Shown one piece after another: positions 9,601-17,829 of a stretch of DNA of 64,000 nt; the stretch's first letter is position 1, and the number at the start of each line of letters is the position of its first letter. The stretch covers positions 17,969-81,968 of the IMG/VR virus record IMGVR_UViG_3300042876_000902. One strand, 5' to 3'. The stretch is from a virus. The translations under genes and the position numbers were made by a program. A model generated the notes under the pieces. It had not been told where the DNA came from. It did not search any database and was given only the letters and a program-made list of their open reading frames with translations.

Positions 9601-10482
9601 AAGGCGGGCAACGCCGTTCGCAACAGGACGCTCTACGGGGTGGCGGTCAATCGTGTGATGGCCGCCGCGGCGGGCGAATGGGACGGCGTGCCACTCGCGG
9701 CCGGTGACCTCTGGTTCGACAGCGACCAGAATTACGTGCCATGGCGGTGGTCTGGGTCGCAGTGGTTGACGGTGGCCGACGCTTCCCCGGTCATCGCCTC
9801 GCGCCTCGCCGCCGGGATCATCACGGCCGACAAGATCGACGCTGGCGCTGTCACGGCCGACAAGCTCGCCGCCGACGCGATCAAGACCACCGGGTACACG
9901 TTCACCGGGACCGAGGGCGGGACCAACGAGGTGGCGACTTCCGGGGCGAAGATGCAGCGGTCCGGGACGGCGTTGCTCGCGGCGGCCAACAGCTTCAAGG
10001 TCGGGGCGGTCCCGTTCTCGGACATGGCGCTCGCTCGCGCCTTCGCACGCGTCGACGTCGGGGCCAGCTCCTTCTCTCCGATCTACGTCAAGGGGTTCAG
10101 CTCCATCACTCGCGTCGCGGGTCCGCCCGCGTGTCTGTGGTTTCAGGTCGAGACGGAGGTGTTCTCCGGCGTCCAGCCGATCCCGGCGCTCTCCGTCGGG
10201 ACATGCCCGGAGGAGGACGTCGGGACCGACGCGGACCTCATCGCGCAGATCCAGCCGTTCATCGTCGGGTACGACCGAAACTACAACTACGGCAGCGGCA
10301 GCTACTATCCTCCGGGCTCCTACCACGATTACGGTTGGCTCGGCATCTACGTCGCGCTGAGGCGCGCGACTCCTGGTGTCGTTGGTGGAGTTCCGACGGT
10401 AGAATACTCATGGGTGGATCCGGAGGCGTTCGGGACGGGCAACGCTGTGACGCTCTACGTCGCACTGATCACCAACAACTGA
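6631..10482 (+). CDS. Central tail fibre/tail tip protein (gpJ-like, Phage-tail_3)
   Basis: PMLYGRNRIAGNLIW, AIGLCEGP, LEPLDII, LRRG.RGT; ~1280 aa; follows hub and NlpC. Confidence 0.85.
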   Translation: MSGASETARNVGRTLSHAFGGVGNYTTAGELLTGVQIGTSCFDRPVPMLYGRNRIAGNLIWMPQSFWEKVAGESASGGGKGGNSPSSGTPDAYYQGFAIGLCEGPVGDILRVWRDKEQFGGLDKLDGGVFTYFHGTRPQTPWTYFDSTPVAKSTEEFVAENGYRIEDPGLDHITSPTSLIPPASIRIKYGGVWKYLLNSSQVSAGYRTGQLYRPNQDILGYPANPNPYYYTIVKVGSGASAYWEVTFSDASLLGCPVIITYSGTRNYSGYAIGYSGTAYLITPRMSLGSSNSMKNYTFEVSGFLDENTDVGGADPAAVVFDMLTNAIYGCGWDASRIEVDLGPDGTVASGYRRYCDQMGFKVSPALNEQKAALDYVQSILDSTNSAMTWSNGKLRVVPLGDVTVGTFTPALQPVYDIVIDNMSALTGSDGSVASIDDGPVTVMRKRQSDTYNRIPVEYLDQANEYNVAVVSEVDQADVDATGSVREAQAVRLACITNQRHAQIISRLMAQRSCYVRNRFKIRVGFKHAVLEPLDIITITEPRLGLDRKPVRITSVDEDPVAQDITIEAEEMPIGIAQAARFATEVGEGGGQDYGTKPYFSNTPIIFAPPPTATESGGPEVWIGTSGANKDWGGSQVWLSWDGITYVYEGDIGAATYGTTVGAVNAGSPFDSVNNVDVDLSVSAGQLASVTDVERDALASDCWLEGEVIAYRDATLQVDGSYRLSSLRRGCRGTASSSHPAGAPFIRIDDNLMKLQVDPTRYGQTIYVKLVSFNLSKTQYDDISDVPVYQYTLPSFALSGAEQILNLPVKFAFDQLVLEDWDIVGSGVVCLASGGLDGSRVLQVTGQAVMIHKGLIPVDALRPIRIASLWKQETQPTNGTGTFRVGFCGIGADMTTKVSMTGADTLSEQYVTDAFESPNASWYSSESFLSGRGSPGGTAAGTVNAPGKFHEDVRYVRLMLIMNGDVGESPAGDGTVSVDNLAALDATADVAKAGNAVRNRTLYGVAVNRVMAAAAGEWDGVPLAAGDLWFDSDQNYVPWRWSGSQWLTVADASPVIASRLAAGIITADKIDAGAVTADKLAADAIKTTGYTFTGTEGGTNEVATSGAKMQRSGTALLAAANSFKVGAVPFSDMALARAFARVDVGASSFSPIYVKGFSSITRVAGPPACLWFQVETEVFSGVQPIPALSVGTCPEEDVGTDADLIAQIQPFIVGYDRNYNYGSGSYYPPGSYHDYGWLGIYVALRRATPGVVGGVPTVEYSWVDPEAFGTGNAVTLYVALITNN

Positions 10483-10493
10483 AAGGAGGGGGC

Positions 10494-10718
10494 GTGAACG
10501 ACAACAGGAAGCAAGATGTGGATCCGATGACGGTGACGGGGTCGTACGCGGTCGTCAAGGGGAAGTATGGCAAGCGGTCGAAGGACAAGCCGCTCTGGTG
10601 GATCATCGCGTATCACGCGGGGAAGGCCGCCGTGCAGATCGCGATGGCACTCATCCTCCTCGGCATCGCGGCGTGGGCACAGCAGTGCGGGATCACGCTC
10701 CCCAAGGTGCTGCCGTGA
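10494..10718 (+). CDS. Small membrane protein (holin/antiholin candidate)
   Basis: GTG after AAAGGAGG; hydrophobic C-terminal segment; upstream of the endolysin. Confidence 0.55.
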   Translation: MNDNRKQDVDPMTVTGSYAVVKGKYGKRSKDKPLWWIIAYHAGKAAVQIAMALILLGIAAWAQQCGITLPKVLP

Positions 10719-11104
10719 AGAAGCCCGCGAAGAAGACGAAGGTGACTGAGCCGGTGGCCGTGCCGTTCGCGTCTGTGAAGGACTTGTTGGAGGCGTACGC
10801 TTCGCGGACGGAGCGGGTCTTCGTGCAGCGGCTCACGGAACACGAAGAGCGTGAGGACAAGAACCTTCGTGACCTCATCGAGAAGCTGGTGATCACCGGT
10901 CGGAGCTTCGACGCCGTCGAGGCCAGGCGCGCGCAGGAGCGGATCGACATCGAGGCGAAGATCGTGTCAGTGCAGCAGCGGCTCGATGTTCTCGAGAAGT
11001 CGCACACAGCCGGGTCTGAAGACATCCAGCGGCTGCGGAACATCATCGAACCGCTCAAGGACATCATCGAGGTGTTCAAGCGGCAGCACGGCATCGGAGG
11101 TTAG
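10715..11104 (+). CDS. Coiled-coil hypothetical protein
   Basis: GTGA overlap with the previous gene; heptad-like charged sequence. Confidence 0.55.
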   Translation: MKKPAKKTKVTEPVAVPFASVKDLLEAYASRTERVFVQRLTEHEEREDKNLRDLIEKLVITGRSFDAVEARRAQERIDIEAKIVSVQQRLDVLEKSHTAGSEDIQRLRNIIEPLKDIIEVFKRQHGIGG

Positions 11105-11107
11105 GTC

Positions 11108-11599
11108 ATGGCGGAAGCTCTGAAGGCACCCAACGGTCGGGCAGCCATCGAGGAGGTCTTCGGTGAGCTGCCGTGGCATTCGATCCCAGGTAGCACGTTC
11201 GTCCGCGTCGACCCGCTGTGGGAGGAGGAGCACCTCGTCGGGGTCTTCGTCGACAGCTTCTACATCCGAATGCACAAGAAGCTCGCGAGCCTGTTCGTCG
11301 AGGCGCTCATGGCGGCCCGCGCGGCGGCATCCGTCTACACGCTGCGACAGCTCGGCGGCTACTGCCCGCGTCGGATGAAGACGCTCGACCCGGCGAAGCA
11401 GGCAGCCGCGCCGCTCTCGACACACTCGTGGGGGATCGCCTTCGACATCAACTGGAACAGCAACCCGTTCAGCACGAAGCTCATCACGGACATCCCGGCC
11501 GCCTTCGTCGAGGAGTTCAAGAAGCGTGGTTGGAACTGGGGAGGTGACTGGCGCTCGAAGAAGGACCCGATGCACTTCCAGTTCTGCACTGGATACTGA
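11108..11599 (+). CDS. Endolysin, peptidase M15 family
   Basis: STHSWGIAFD (SxHxxGxAxD) and WGGDW..DPMHFQ. Confidence 0.9.
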   Translation: MAEALKAPNGRAAIEEVFGELPWHSIPGSTFVRVDPLWEEEHLVGVFVDSFYIRMHKKLASLFVEALMAARAAASVYTLRQLGGYCPRRMKTLDPAKQAAAPLSTHSWGIAFDINWNSNPFSTKLITDIPAAFVEEFKKRGWNWGGDWRSKKDPMHFQFCTGY

Positions 11600-11612
11600 G
11601 AGGGAGCGGACG

Positions 11613-11822
11613 ATGGAACCCAGCAAGATGAACAGGATCCTGCAGGGGTGGCGCAAGACGGGGTACTGGCTGCTCTCCGTGGCTGCGCTGACCGGCGGGG
11701 CATACTACATGAAGTCGGCGACGTTCGCCGAGTACCGTGATGGCCTCGTGGTGCTGGCGGGCCTCGTTCTCGCGGGCCACGTGTACCAGCAGGCGAAGGT
11801 CACCGCGGGAGACCCCAAGTGA
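11613..11822 (+). CDS. Holin candidate (2 TM)
   Basis: ATG after AGGGAG; two hydrophobic segments; follows the endolysin. Confidence 0.6.
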   Translation: MEPSKMNRILQGWRKTGYWLLSVAALTGGAYYMKSATFAEYRDGLVVLAGLVLAGHVYQQAKVTAGDPK

Positions 11823-12571
11823 TCTGGGCCTTGAAGCACTGGAGGTTGGTCGGGGTCGCTGCGCTCGCCGTCGCGGTCGTCGTCCTCGCGTTCCTGCTCG
11901 CGGCGCAGGTCAAGGCTGCTCGCGGCGCAGACCAGAAGCGCGAGGCCGCGGAGCTGCGGCTGGCTGGGGAGGTCGTCGCCCGCGAGGCCACCGAGCGAGA
12001 GTTGCGAAAGCTCGTGGCCAAGGACGCCGACTTGGAGCGCCAGGTGCGAGAGCTGGAGGCGCGCTCGCCCGGCGTCGTCGTGAGGACAGTCGAGCGGGTG
12101 GTGACCGTCGAGGTCCCGGCCGTCGGCGTCCCGCTCCCGCCCGGCCCGCCGTGCCTCCTCCCGGAAGGTGGGCGCGGTGTCGTCAGATGCACGGTGGTCC
12201 AGCTGCAGACCGGGCTCGGCAACGTGGTGGTGAGGGGCCGCGCCGAGGCCGTCCGCACGCACCCGCTCCCGGAGACGGTCATCCTCAGCGGGCCGTTCGA
12301 CTCGAAGGTGTCCGTGGTCGACGCGGTCCCGCCCGTCCTCGTGAAGCTGCGCGACCCGCTCTGGGAGCTGGAGGTCGGCGCCGAGTGGCAGGTGCTGAGC
12401 CTCAACGGCGGGGCGTCCGCGCGGCTGCAGCGCGACCCGTCGCTCTACCGGGCCGCCCTCGCGCGCCGCGTGCTGCCGTGGGTCTACGTCGGCGCGGTAG
12501 TCTCGACGCCCGACGGGCGCGCGTGGCAGGCCTCCCTCGGCGCCTCCGGACGCTTCGGCTGGGGCCGCTAG
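11819..12571 (+). CDS. Spanin-like protein (N-terminal TM, coiled coil, beta-rich C-terminus)
   Basis: Last gene of the lysis cassette; N-terminal TM anchor followed by coiled coil. Confidence 0.55.
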   Translation: MIWALKHWRLVGVAALAVAVVVLAFLLAAQVKAARGADQKREAAELRLAGEVVAREATERELRKLVAKDADLERQVRELEARSPGVVVRTVERVVTVEVPAVGVPLPPGPPCLLPEGGRGVVRCTVVQLQTGLGNVVVRGRAEAVRTHPLPETVILSGPFDSKVSVVDAVPPVLVKLRDPLWELEVGAEWQVLSLNGGASARLQRDPSLYRAALARRVLPWVYVGAVVSTPDGRAWQASLGASGRFGWGR

Positions 12572-12594
12572 GCCGCTGGCAAGCCCCGAAGCAA

Positions 12595-12632
12595 CGACGC
12601 CCGACCCGGAGAGCCTCCCGGGTCGGGCGTCG
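12595..12632. terminator. Hairpin between convergent late (+) and replication (-) units
   Basis: 15-bp perfect stem cgacgcccgacccgg/ccgggtcgggcgtcg. Confidence 0.7.
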
Positions 12633-12688
12633 CGTTACCAGCGGGTCCCCGTTCGTTTAACGGGGCCTCCCGCGAGGCCTCGGAAGGC

Positions 12689-13219
12689 CTAGTAGTCGAC
12701 CTTCGCGTGGGGGTGATACTCCCACTCCCGCCCGGCCTTCTCAGCCCAGAGGCGGTTGAAGATCTCCATGTGCTCCGGGACGTACTCCTCCATGAACACG
12801 ATGCGGCGGCAGCTGGTGTTCATCAGGAGCTTCGTGCATGTCGAGCACGGGGCGAGCGTCACGTAGCAGGTGCTGATCGCCTGGGCGTCCCGGCACTGGA
12901 GGAGGGCGTTCTGCTCGGCGTGGATCGCCTCGCACCCGACCCCGCCCGACTGCGGCTGCCCGAGGGGCGCGAGGGCCCCGGAGCATGCGTTACCGTGGTA
13001 CACGGTAGTCTGCACTGCCCGGTGGGCCCCTTCGGCGTTGTCGACACTGGTGACCTCGTTGCAGTGAGGCAACCCGCTCGCGACCCCGTTGTACCCGGTC
13101 GCGAGGACGTGCCCGTGCCGGTCGACGAGGACGCACCCGACGTGGCGCCGGAGGCAGGTCGAGCGGGTCGCCACGAGCTTCGCCATCGCGACGAAGTACG
13201 TGTCCTTGTCGGGCCTCAC
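12689..13219 (-). CDS. dCMP deaminase
   Basis: RSTCLRRHVGCVLV..TGYNG..HAEQNA..PCSTC; GTGA overlap. Confidence 0.9.
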   Translation of the reverse strand: MRPDKDTYFVAMAKLVATRSTCLRRHVGCVLVDRHGHVLATGYNGVASGLPHCNEVTSVDNAEGAHRAVQTTVYHGNACSGALAPLGQPQSGGVGCEAIHAEQNALLQCRDAQAISTCYVTLAPCSTCTKLLMNTSCRRIVFMEEYVPEHMEIFNRLWAEKAGREWEYHPHAKVDY

Positions 13220-14067
13220 GGGAGCGGCCTCCACTGACAGGTCTCGTCGGCCGTCCCCTCGCGGAGCGCCATGAGGTCCCGGCGCAGGGTCTCCCAGTCG
13301 CCCTTCCGCACGAGGGCGTCGGGCGTTGGCTCCGGGACCGGCCCGGGGTCCGACTCGAGCACCTCCTTCACCTTGTCGATGTCCTTCAGGTAGAGGTGGC
13401 TCGACGTCGCGTTGATGGTCATGGTCCCGAGGCCGACCGTCAGCTCGCGAGGGAGACCCCAGTTGTGCATGCACGCGACGAAGAGGGCGACCGTCGCGAA
13501 GCTGAACATGTCGTAGGGAAGCCCCATCCATCCGTCGCTCGACCGCATGAAGACGTGTAGGTGGAGCAGGTCCCGCCGGATCGAGAAGCTCATCGCGACC
13601 GTGCAGGGGATGTCCTTGCTCGGCAGCGGGTTCCGCTCCCAGATGGTGAGCACCGCCTGGCGGGTGTCCCGGTCCTTGCTGAGCTGCTGGACAACGTACG
13701 GGGTCTGCGCCCGGACCTTCGGGCCGTAGGCGCCGTTGAGGGTCACCCCGTCGTCGCTGAACCGCCCGTAGCTCGGCGCGAAGCGGGCGAGGGAGGCGAG
13801 GTCATTCTGGCCGTTCACGATCCACAGCGCCTCGGCGGCCATGAACTGCGCCGAGAGCTTCCGGGCCGGGGAGGTCACCACCGCCCGGCTCAGGTCGACG
13901 GACACGAGCTGGCCGTGGAGCATCTCGACGGTGTCGATCCCGCGCGGGGAAACCTTCTGCCCCTCCCGGCAGATGGCCATCATGGCCTCCCGCCAGGCGG
14001 CATCGCCGCACGGGGCCGGGGTCCCGGGCTGCGGAGTGTATGACTGGGCGAGCATAACGTCGGTCAT
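13216..14067 (-). CDS. Thymidylate-synthase-fold enzyme, probably a dCMP hydroxymethylase/methylase
   Basis: DIPCT (catalytic Cys), MRSSDGWMGLPYD (Asp at the canonical Asn), SHLY. Confidence 0.8.
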   Translation of the reverse strand: MTDVMLAQSYTPQPGTPAPCGDAAWREAMMAICREGQKVSPRGIDTVEMLHGQLVSVDLSRAVVTSPARKLSAQFMAAEALWIVNGQNDLASLARFAPSYGRFSDDGVTLNGAYGPKVRAQTPYVVQQLSKDRDTRQAVLTIWERNPLPSKDIPCTVAMSFSIRRDLLHLHVFMRSSDGWMGLPYDMFSFATVALFVACMHNWGLPRELTVGLGTMTINATSSHLYLKDIDKVKEVLESDPGPVPEPTPDALVRKGDWETLRRDLMALREGTADETCQWRPLP

Positions 14068-14591
14068 GAGTCGAACCTCCCTTCGGCGATGTGGATGGCG
14101 AAGGCGGGCGCCCCGCCCTCCCACTGGGTGCGGTCGTACTTGAGGACGGGGAGCGAGGTCTTCATTGCGGCGTACCCGTCCCACACGCGGCGGAGCTGGT
14201 CCGTCCGCTTGAGGTACTCCTCCTGCGGCCTGCCCTCGAACGACTTGGCGCAGACCTCGAACGGCGGGAGGCAGAGGACCACCACGCCGTCGCACGCTGC
14301 TGCGATGCCCTCGAGCCACCCCGCCGTGTTCGGGCTCAGCCGGTTCAGCCCGGCCCGCATCACGGCGCCGTAGATGGGCTCGGAGAGCCACGACCGGTCG
14401 AGCACCGTGTCGACGTACCCGTGGGTTGCGGGCATCATGCTCACCTCGTACACGTCGGCGAGGTCTTGAGGGGAGACCTTGAGGTAGGAGCCATGGTGGA
14501 TGAGCATCCCTTGGACGGCGCGGGTGAGCGCCTGGGCCAGCGTGGTCTTGCCCGAGCCGTCCGGGCCTTCGAGGATGAAGAGGCGGCTCAT
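14064..14591 (-). CDS. P-loop deoxynucleoside monophosphate kinase
   Basis: ILEGPDGSGKTT..DRSWLSEPIYG. Confidence 0.8.
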   Translation of the reverse strand: MSRLFILEGPDGSGKTTLAQALTRAVQGMLIHHGSYLKVSPQDLADVYEVSMMPATHGYVDTVLDRSWLSEPIYGAVMRAGLNRLSPNTAGWLEGIAAACDGVVVLCLPPFEVCAKSFEGRPQEEYLKRTDQLRRVWDGYAAMKTSLPVLKYDRTQWEGGAPAFAIHIAEGRFDS

Positions 14592-15076
14592 GGCGTCGCC
14601 TCCTTCGGCGCTCCGGCGTCGTCGCGCCGGTTGACGTACGTGCTCCGGTCGAGCCCCTCGGCATGGAGGTGAACCAGGTGGCTCGGCGGCGACCACCCCG
14701 GCGGCTTGATGAGGTCGACCGCGTGCCCGCGGTGCCCGACGCCGCGGATCTTGGACATGTTCGCCCGGTCGACCTCGGCCCACGAGCGGCGCCAGACCCG
14801 GCGGAGGCCGAGCATCACGGCCGTGCCTTTGAGGAAGACGCCGATGTCGATGAGCGCGTCCGTCATCCCCGCGATGTCGTCGCTCTCGACCGCGTCCTCC
14901 AGCTCGTCCACCTCCTCGCGGAGGCACTGCAGCCGCTCGCGCATCTTCCGCTTCGTGAGGAAGCCCGGCTCCTCGAACGAGAGGATGCCGAACTTGAGGT
15001 GCATCGCGCGGACGTCTTCCAGCTCCGGGTCGAGCCCGCGCAGGACGCGGATCGCATTCCACAGTCTCTTGAACAT
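14588..15076 (-). CDS. MazG-like (PRA-PH/DR2231-type) dNTP pyrophosphatase
   Basis: EEVDEL..DALID..V..ANMSK..KPPGW.PP. Confidence 0.85.
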   Translation of the reverse strand: MFKRLWNAIRVLRGLDPELEDVRAMHLKFGILSFEEPGFLTKRKMRERLQCLREEVDELEDAVESDDIAGMTDALIDIGVFLKGTAVMLGLRRVWRRSWAEVDRANMSKIRGVGHRGHAVDLIKPPGWSPPSHLVHLHAEGLDRSTYVNRRDDAGAPKEATP

Positions 15077-15099
15077 CGCTGCTCCTTTCGTGCTCTGGA

Positions 15100-15138
15100 A
15101 ACAACAAGGGCCCGCCGCGTGCATCCGCGGCAGGCCCG
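15100..15138 (-). terminator. Intrinsic terminator
   Basis: gggcctgccgcgg..cgcggcgggccc followed by ttgttgttt on the minus strand. Confidence 0.55.
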
Positions 15139-15156
15139 GTCGATGTTGCCGGCTGC

Positions 15157-16107
15157 TTAGGCCGCCTTCTTCTCGGGCGGCTTCAGCCCCTTCTTCTTGA
15201 GGTCGTTGCGGTACCACGCGACGTACGTGCGCTTGAAGCTCGGGAACTCCTTGCTGACCTTGTCGAAGATGACGTCGTCCGAGAACCGCCCGGACATGAT
15301 CAGCTCCTTCGCGACGCTCGCGGCCGACCGGCGCTCGCCCTTCTCCTTCGGCGCCTTGGCGGTGGCGCCCGCGCCCTTCTTCACGGACTTCATCGAGGCG
15401 GCGGCGTTGCCCTTGCCCGTCTTCTTCGCGGTGGTGATGCTCGGCTTCTTGGCCATGGCTCTCTCCTTTGCGCTGCTGTTGACGTTGATGAGCTTCTCCA
15501 GCTCTTCCACTGCGCGCTCGGTGGCTCCCCGGTACTGCATGTACTCGGTGAACAGCGTGGCGCACCTCGCCACCGGGTAACCCTCGATCTCCTTGTACTT
15601 CTTGTCGAACTCCCGCGCCGGGAGGGTCTTGACCGTGAACGGCCCCTCCCCCTCGGCGTCGAGCGTCAGGAACTCTACCACCTTCATGTCGTGCTCGCCA
15701 CCACCACTTTCAGGGAGGCGCCTCCCCAGCTCGATGCAGACCCGGTTGCTGAAGTCCTTGCAGACGACCGCCTGCTCCTGCGCCTTGAGCTGGCTCTTCG
15801 TGAACCGCTCGACCTCCCGGAACGTGGCGTTCACGGTTGGGCACGTGGAGAGGTGGTGCGTGATGGGCTGCTTGCACTCGCCGCACTTGGGCGCCTGGCC
15901 GTTGCCGAAGGCGGGCCCCTGCTTCTTGGCCTCGGGCGCCTTCGTGCTCTTGGTGGGCGGTGCCTTCGCGGGCGCGGCGGGCTTCTTCGTGCTCTTCACC
16001 TTCGCGGGCGGAGCCTTCTTCACCTTCGTGCTCTTGACCTCCTTCTTCGCGGCCTTCGCGGGCTTCTTGCTGCTCTTCGTGTCCTTCCTCGTCCCCTTCT
16101 TCGCCAT
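15157..16107 (-). CDS. Histone-H1-like Lys/Ala-rich protein with a C-terminal WYR HTH-like domain
   Basis: ATG 16107 after GAGGAGG; PAKK-like repeats, a CxxC..H..C knuckle, C-terminal ..YVAWYRNDLKKKG. Confidence 0.7.
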   Translation of the reverse strand: MAKKGTRKDTKSSKKPAKAAKKEVKSTKVKKAPPAKVKSTKKPAAPAKAPPTKSTKAPEAKKQGPAFGNGQAPKCGECKQPITHHLSTCPTVNATFREVERFTKSQLKAQEQAVVCKDFSNRVCIELGRRLPESGGGEHDMKVVEFLTLDAEGEGPFTVKTLPAREFDKKYKEIEGYPVARCATLFTEYMQYRGATERAVEELEKLINVNSSAKERAMAKKPSITTAKKTGKGNAAASMKSVKKGAGATAKAPKEKGERRSAASVAKELIMSGRFSDDVIFDKVSKEFPSFKRTYVAWYRNDLKKKGLKPPEKKAA

Positions 16108-16136
16108 GTGCATCCTCCTCAGCCAGAGGGTTGGAC

Positions 16137-16192
16137 CAATCAACTTCGGCGACCCTAGCAAGACCGGTTTGGGGAGTAAAGGGAGTTGATTG
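16137..16192 (-). promoter_or_regulatory. sigma70-like promoter bracketed by a 9-bp inverted repeat
   Basis: Minus strand TTTACT-17bp-TAGGGT with extended TG; CAATCAACT 16137-16145 / AGTTGATTG 16184-16192. Confidence 0.55.
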
Positions 16193-16248
16193 ACGCAGCC
16201 CCCTTGGTACTGGCCCCAGCCCCGGACTGATGAAGTCGTCTTTGTGAA

Positions 16249-17829
16249 CTACTCGCCACTCCGCCGCGCCGCCCGGTACTCCTTCAGCGCGGCGAACATC
16301 GCATTCTGACCCTTCTCCTTCCGGTGGAGAGCGCGGATGACCGTCTCGTCCACCGTCCGCCGGGCCGCGATGGTATGCTCGAAGACCCGGCTCTCCTTCT
16401 GGCCGGACCGAAGCTCCCGTCGGATGAACTGGTCCTTCATCTCGTAGTCCCATGAGGCCGTGTACCAAGCCGCGTGGTGCCCTCCGCCCTGAAGGTTGAG
16501 CCCGTGGCCCATGGACGCGGGGTGACCGCAGAGGACCGGGATCTCCTTCCGGTTCCAGCGGGCGACGATGTCAGCGGTCTCCTTGGGGGAGGTCCCGGAG
16601 CCCAGCACCTCGGCCTCGGGCACCGCCTCTCGGATGCGCTCGAGGTCGTGGTGGAACTCGTAGCCGACGAGGAGCGACTTTCCTTGCAGCTCGTCGATGA
16701 GGTCCACGAGGGCCTCGGTCTTCTCGTCGTGCAGGTGCTTCGTCACCCGCTCCAGCTTCCCCCGCCGGACCTTCTCGATGTAGATCCCTCCCGACGCCAC
16801 CTGCCGGCACTTGTTCGAGGCGACCGCGGAGTTGGCAGCCGTCACCTCTTCCCGGTCGATGATGGTGAACAGCTCCTCCTCCAGCTCGTCGTACACTTTG
16901 CGGACCTGGGGCGGGAGGTCGACCCACAGGGTGTTCGGGACCAGCTTGGGGAGCCCGGGGAGGTGGTCCTCAGCCTTCATGGCGAGAGCGAGGTTGCGCA
17001 TCCGCTCGTAGATGGCGGCCTCCGTCTCCTTGCTCTTCGGGACCCACGTGTACCCGCCGAAGCCCTTGGGTGTGAAGAACGTGAAGCGGTAGTGGGTGAT
17101 GTACTGGCCGAGCGTCTTGCCGAGGTCGATGGTGTACGCCTGGCCGAAGAGCCCCTCCAGCCCGTTCGCGGCCGGGGACCCGGTCAGCCCGTACCTCCTG
17201 CGGAACTGGGAGAGGAACGGCTTGAGCGCTTTGAACCGCTTGGTCTTCGCATGCTTCATCTTCGACAGCTCGTCGACCACGAGCGTGTCGACGCCCTTCT
17301 TGTGGATGAGGAAGTCGAGCGGGGCCCCGCGCTTCGTCCGACACTTGCACCGGGCCTTGCCGTTCCCGGCGCAGGCAGACAGGTGGGACTGATGCCCGCA
17401 GTCGGAGCAGGCGGTGATCCACTGGAGCCCGTCGAAGTTCACGACATAGAGGTTCCCGTCGTCCTGAAGGCGGCTCATCTTGTGGTCGCCGTGGAGCAGC
17501 ACCTCTTGGAAGTCGTCGCGGAACTCCTCCCACTTCGCCAGCTCACCGTCGCCGTCGTGCGTCCACACGCCGTACGCGACCCGGAGCGGCGCGACGACGA
17601 GGGCGTTCTTCACCGCCTTCGCCTTCCGCATCGCCTTCAGTCCGGCCAGCATGATGGACGTCTTCCGCAGCCCCGGCTCGAGGAGCAGCATGGCCTCGGG
17701 CCTGGTGACCACGAACCGCGCGGCCTCCCGCTGGTACGGCGCGGGGACCCACGGCTGCGCGACGATTGAAGAGGAACCCTGCGACGTAGCCGACTGCTTC
17801 TTCTGCGGTGTCGAACGTCTTGATGACAT
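16249..17829 (-). CDS. SNF2-family DNA helicase (start uncertain)
   Basis: PYQ, EPGLRKT, VVDELSK, LTGSP, HGLNLQ motifs. Confidence 0.9.
   Translation of the reverse strand: MSSRRSTPQKKQSATSQGSSSIVAQPWVPAPYQREAARFVVTRPEAMLLLEPGLRKTSIMLAGLKAMRKAKAVKNALVVAPLRVAYGVWTHDGDGELAKWEEFRDDFQEVLLHGDHKMSRLQDDGNLYVVNFDGLQWITACSDCGHQSHLSACAGNGKARCKCRTKRGAPLDFLIHKKGVDTLVVDELSKMKHAKTKRFKALKPFLSQFRRRYGLTGSPAANGLEGLFGQAYTIDLGKTLGQYITHYRFTFFTPKGFGGYTWVPKSKETEAAIYERMRNLALAMKAEDHLPGLPKLVPNTLWVDLPPQVRKVYDELEEELFTIIDREEVTAANSAVASNKCRQVASGGIYIEKVRRGKLERVTKHLHDEKTEALVDLIDELQGKSLLVGYEFHHDLERIREAVPEAEVLGSGTSPKETADIVARWNRKEIPVLCGHPASMGHGLNLQGGGHHAAWYTASWDYEMKDQFIRRELRSGQKESRVFEHTIAARRTVDETVIRALHRKEKGQNAMFAALKEYRAARRSGE

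Noticed and set aside
13216-14067. Ordinary thyA or SPO1-type dUMP hydroxymethylase
   Set aside because: Asp at the specificity position and the presence of thyX disfavour this, and no hmU-DNA kinase gene was recognised; not fully excluded
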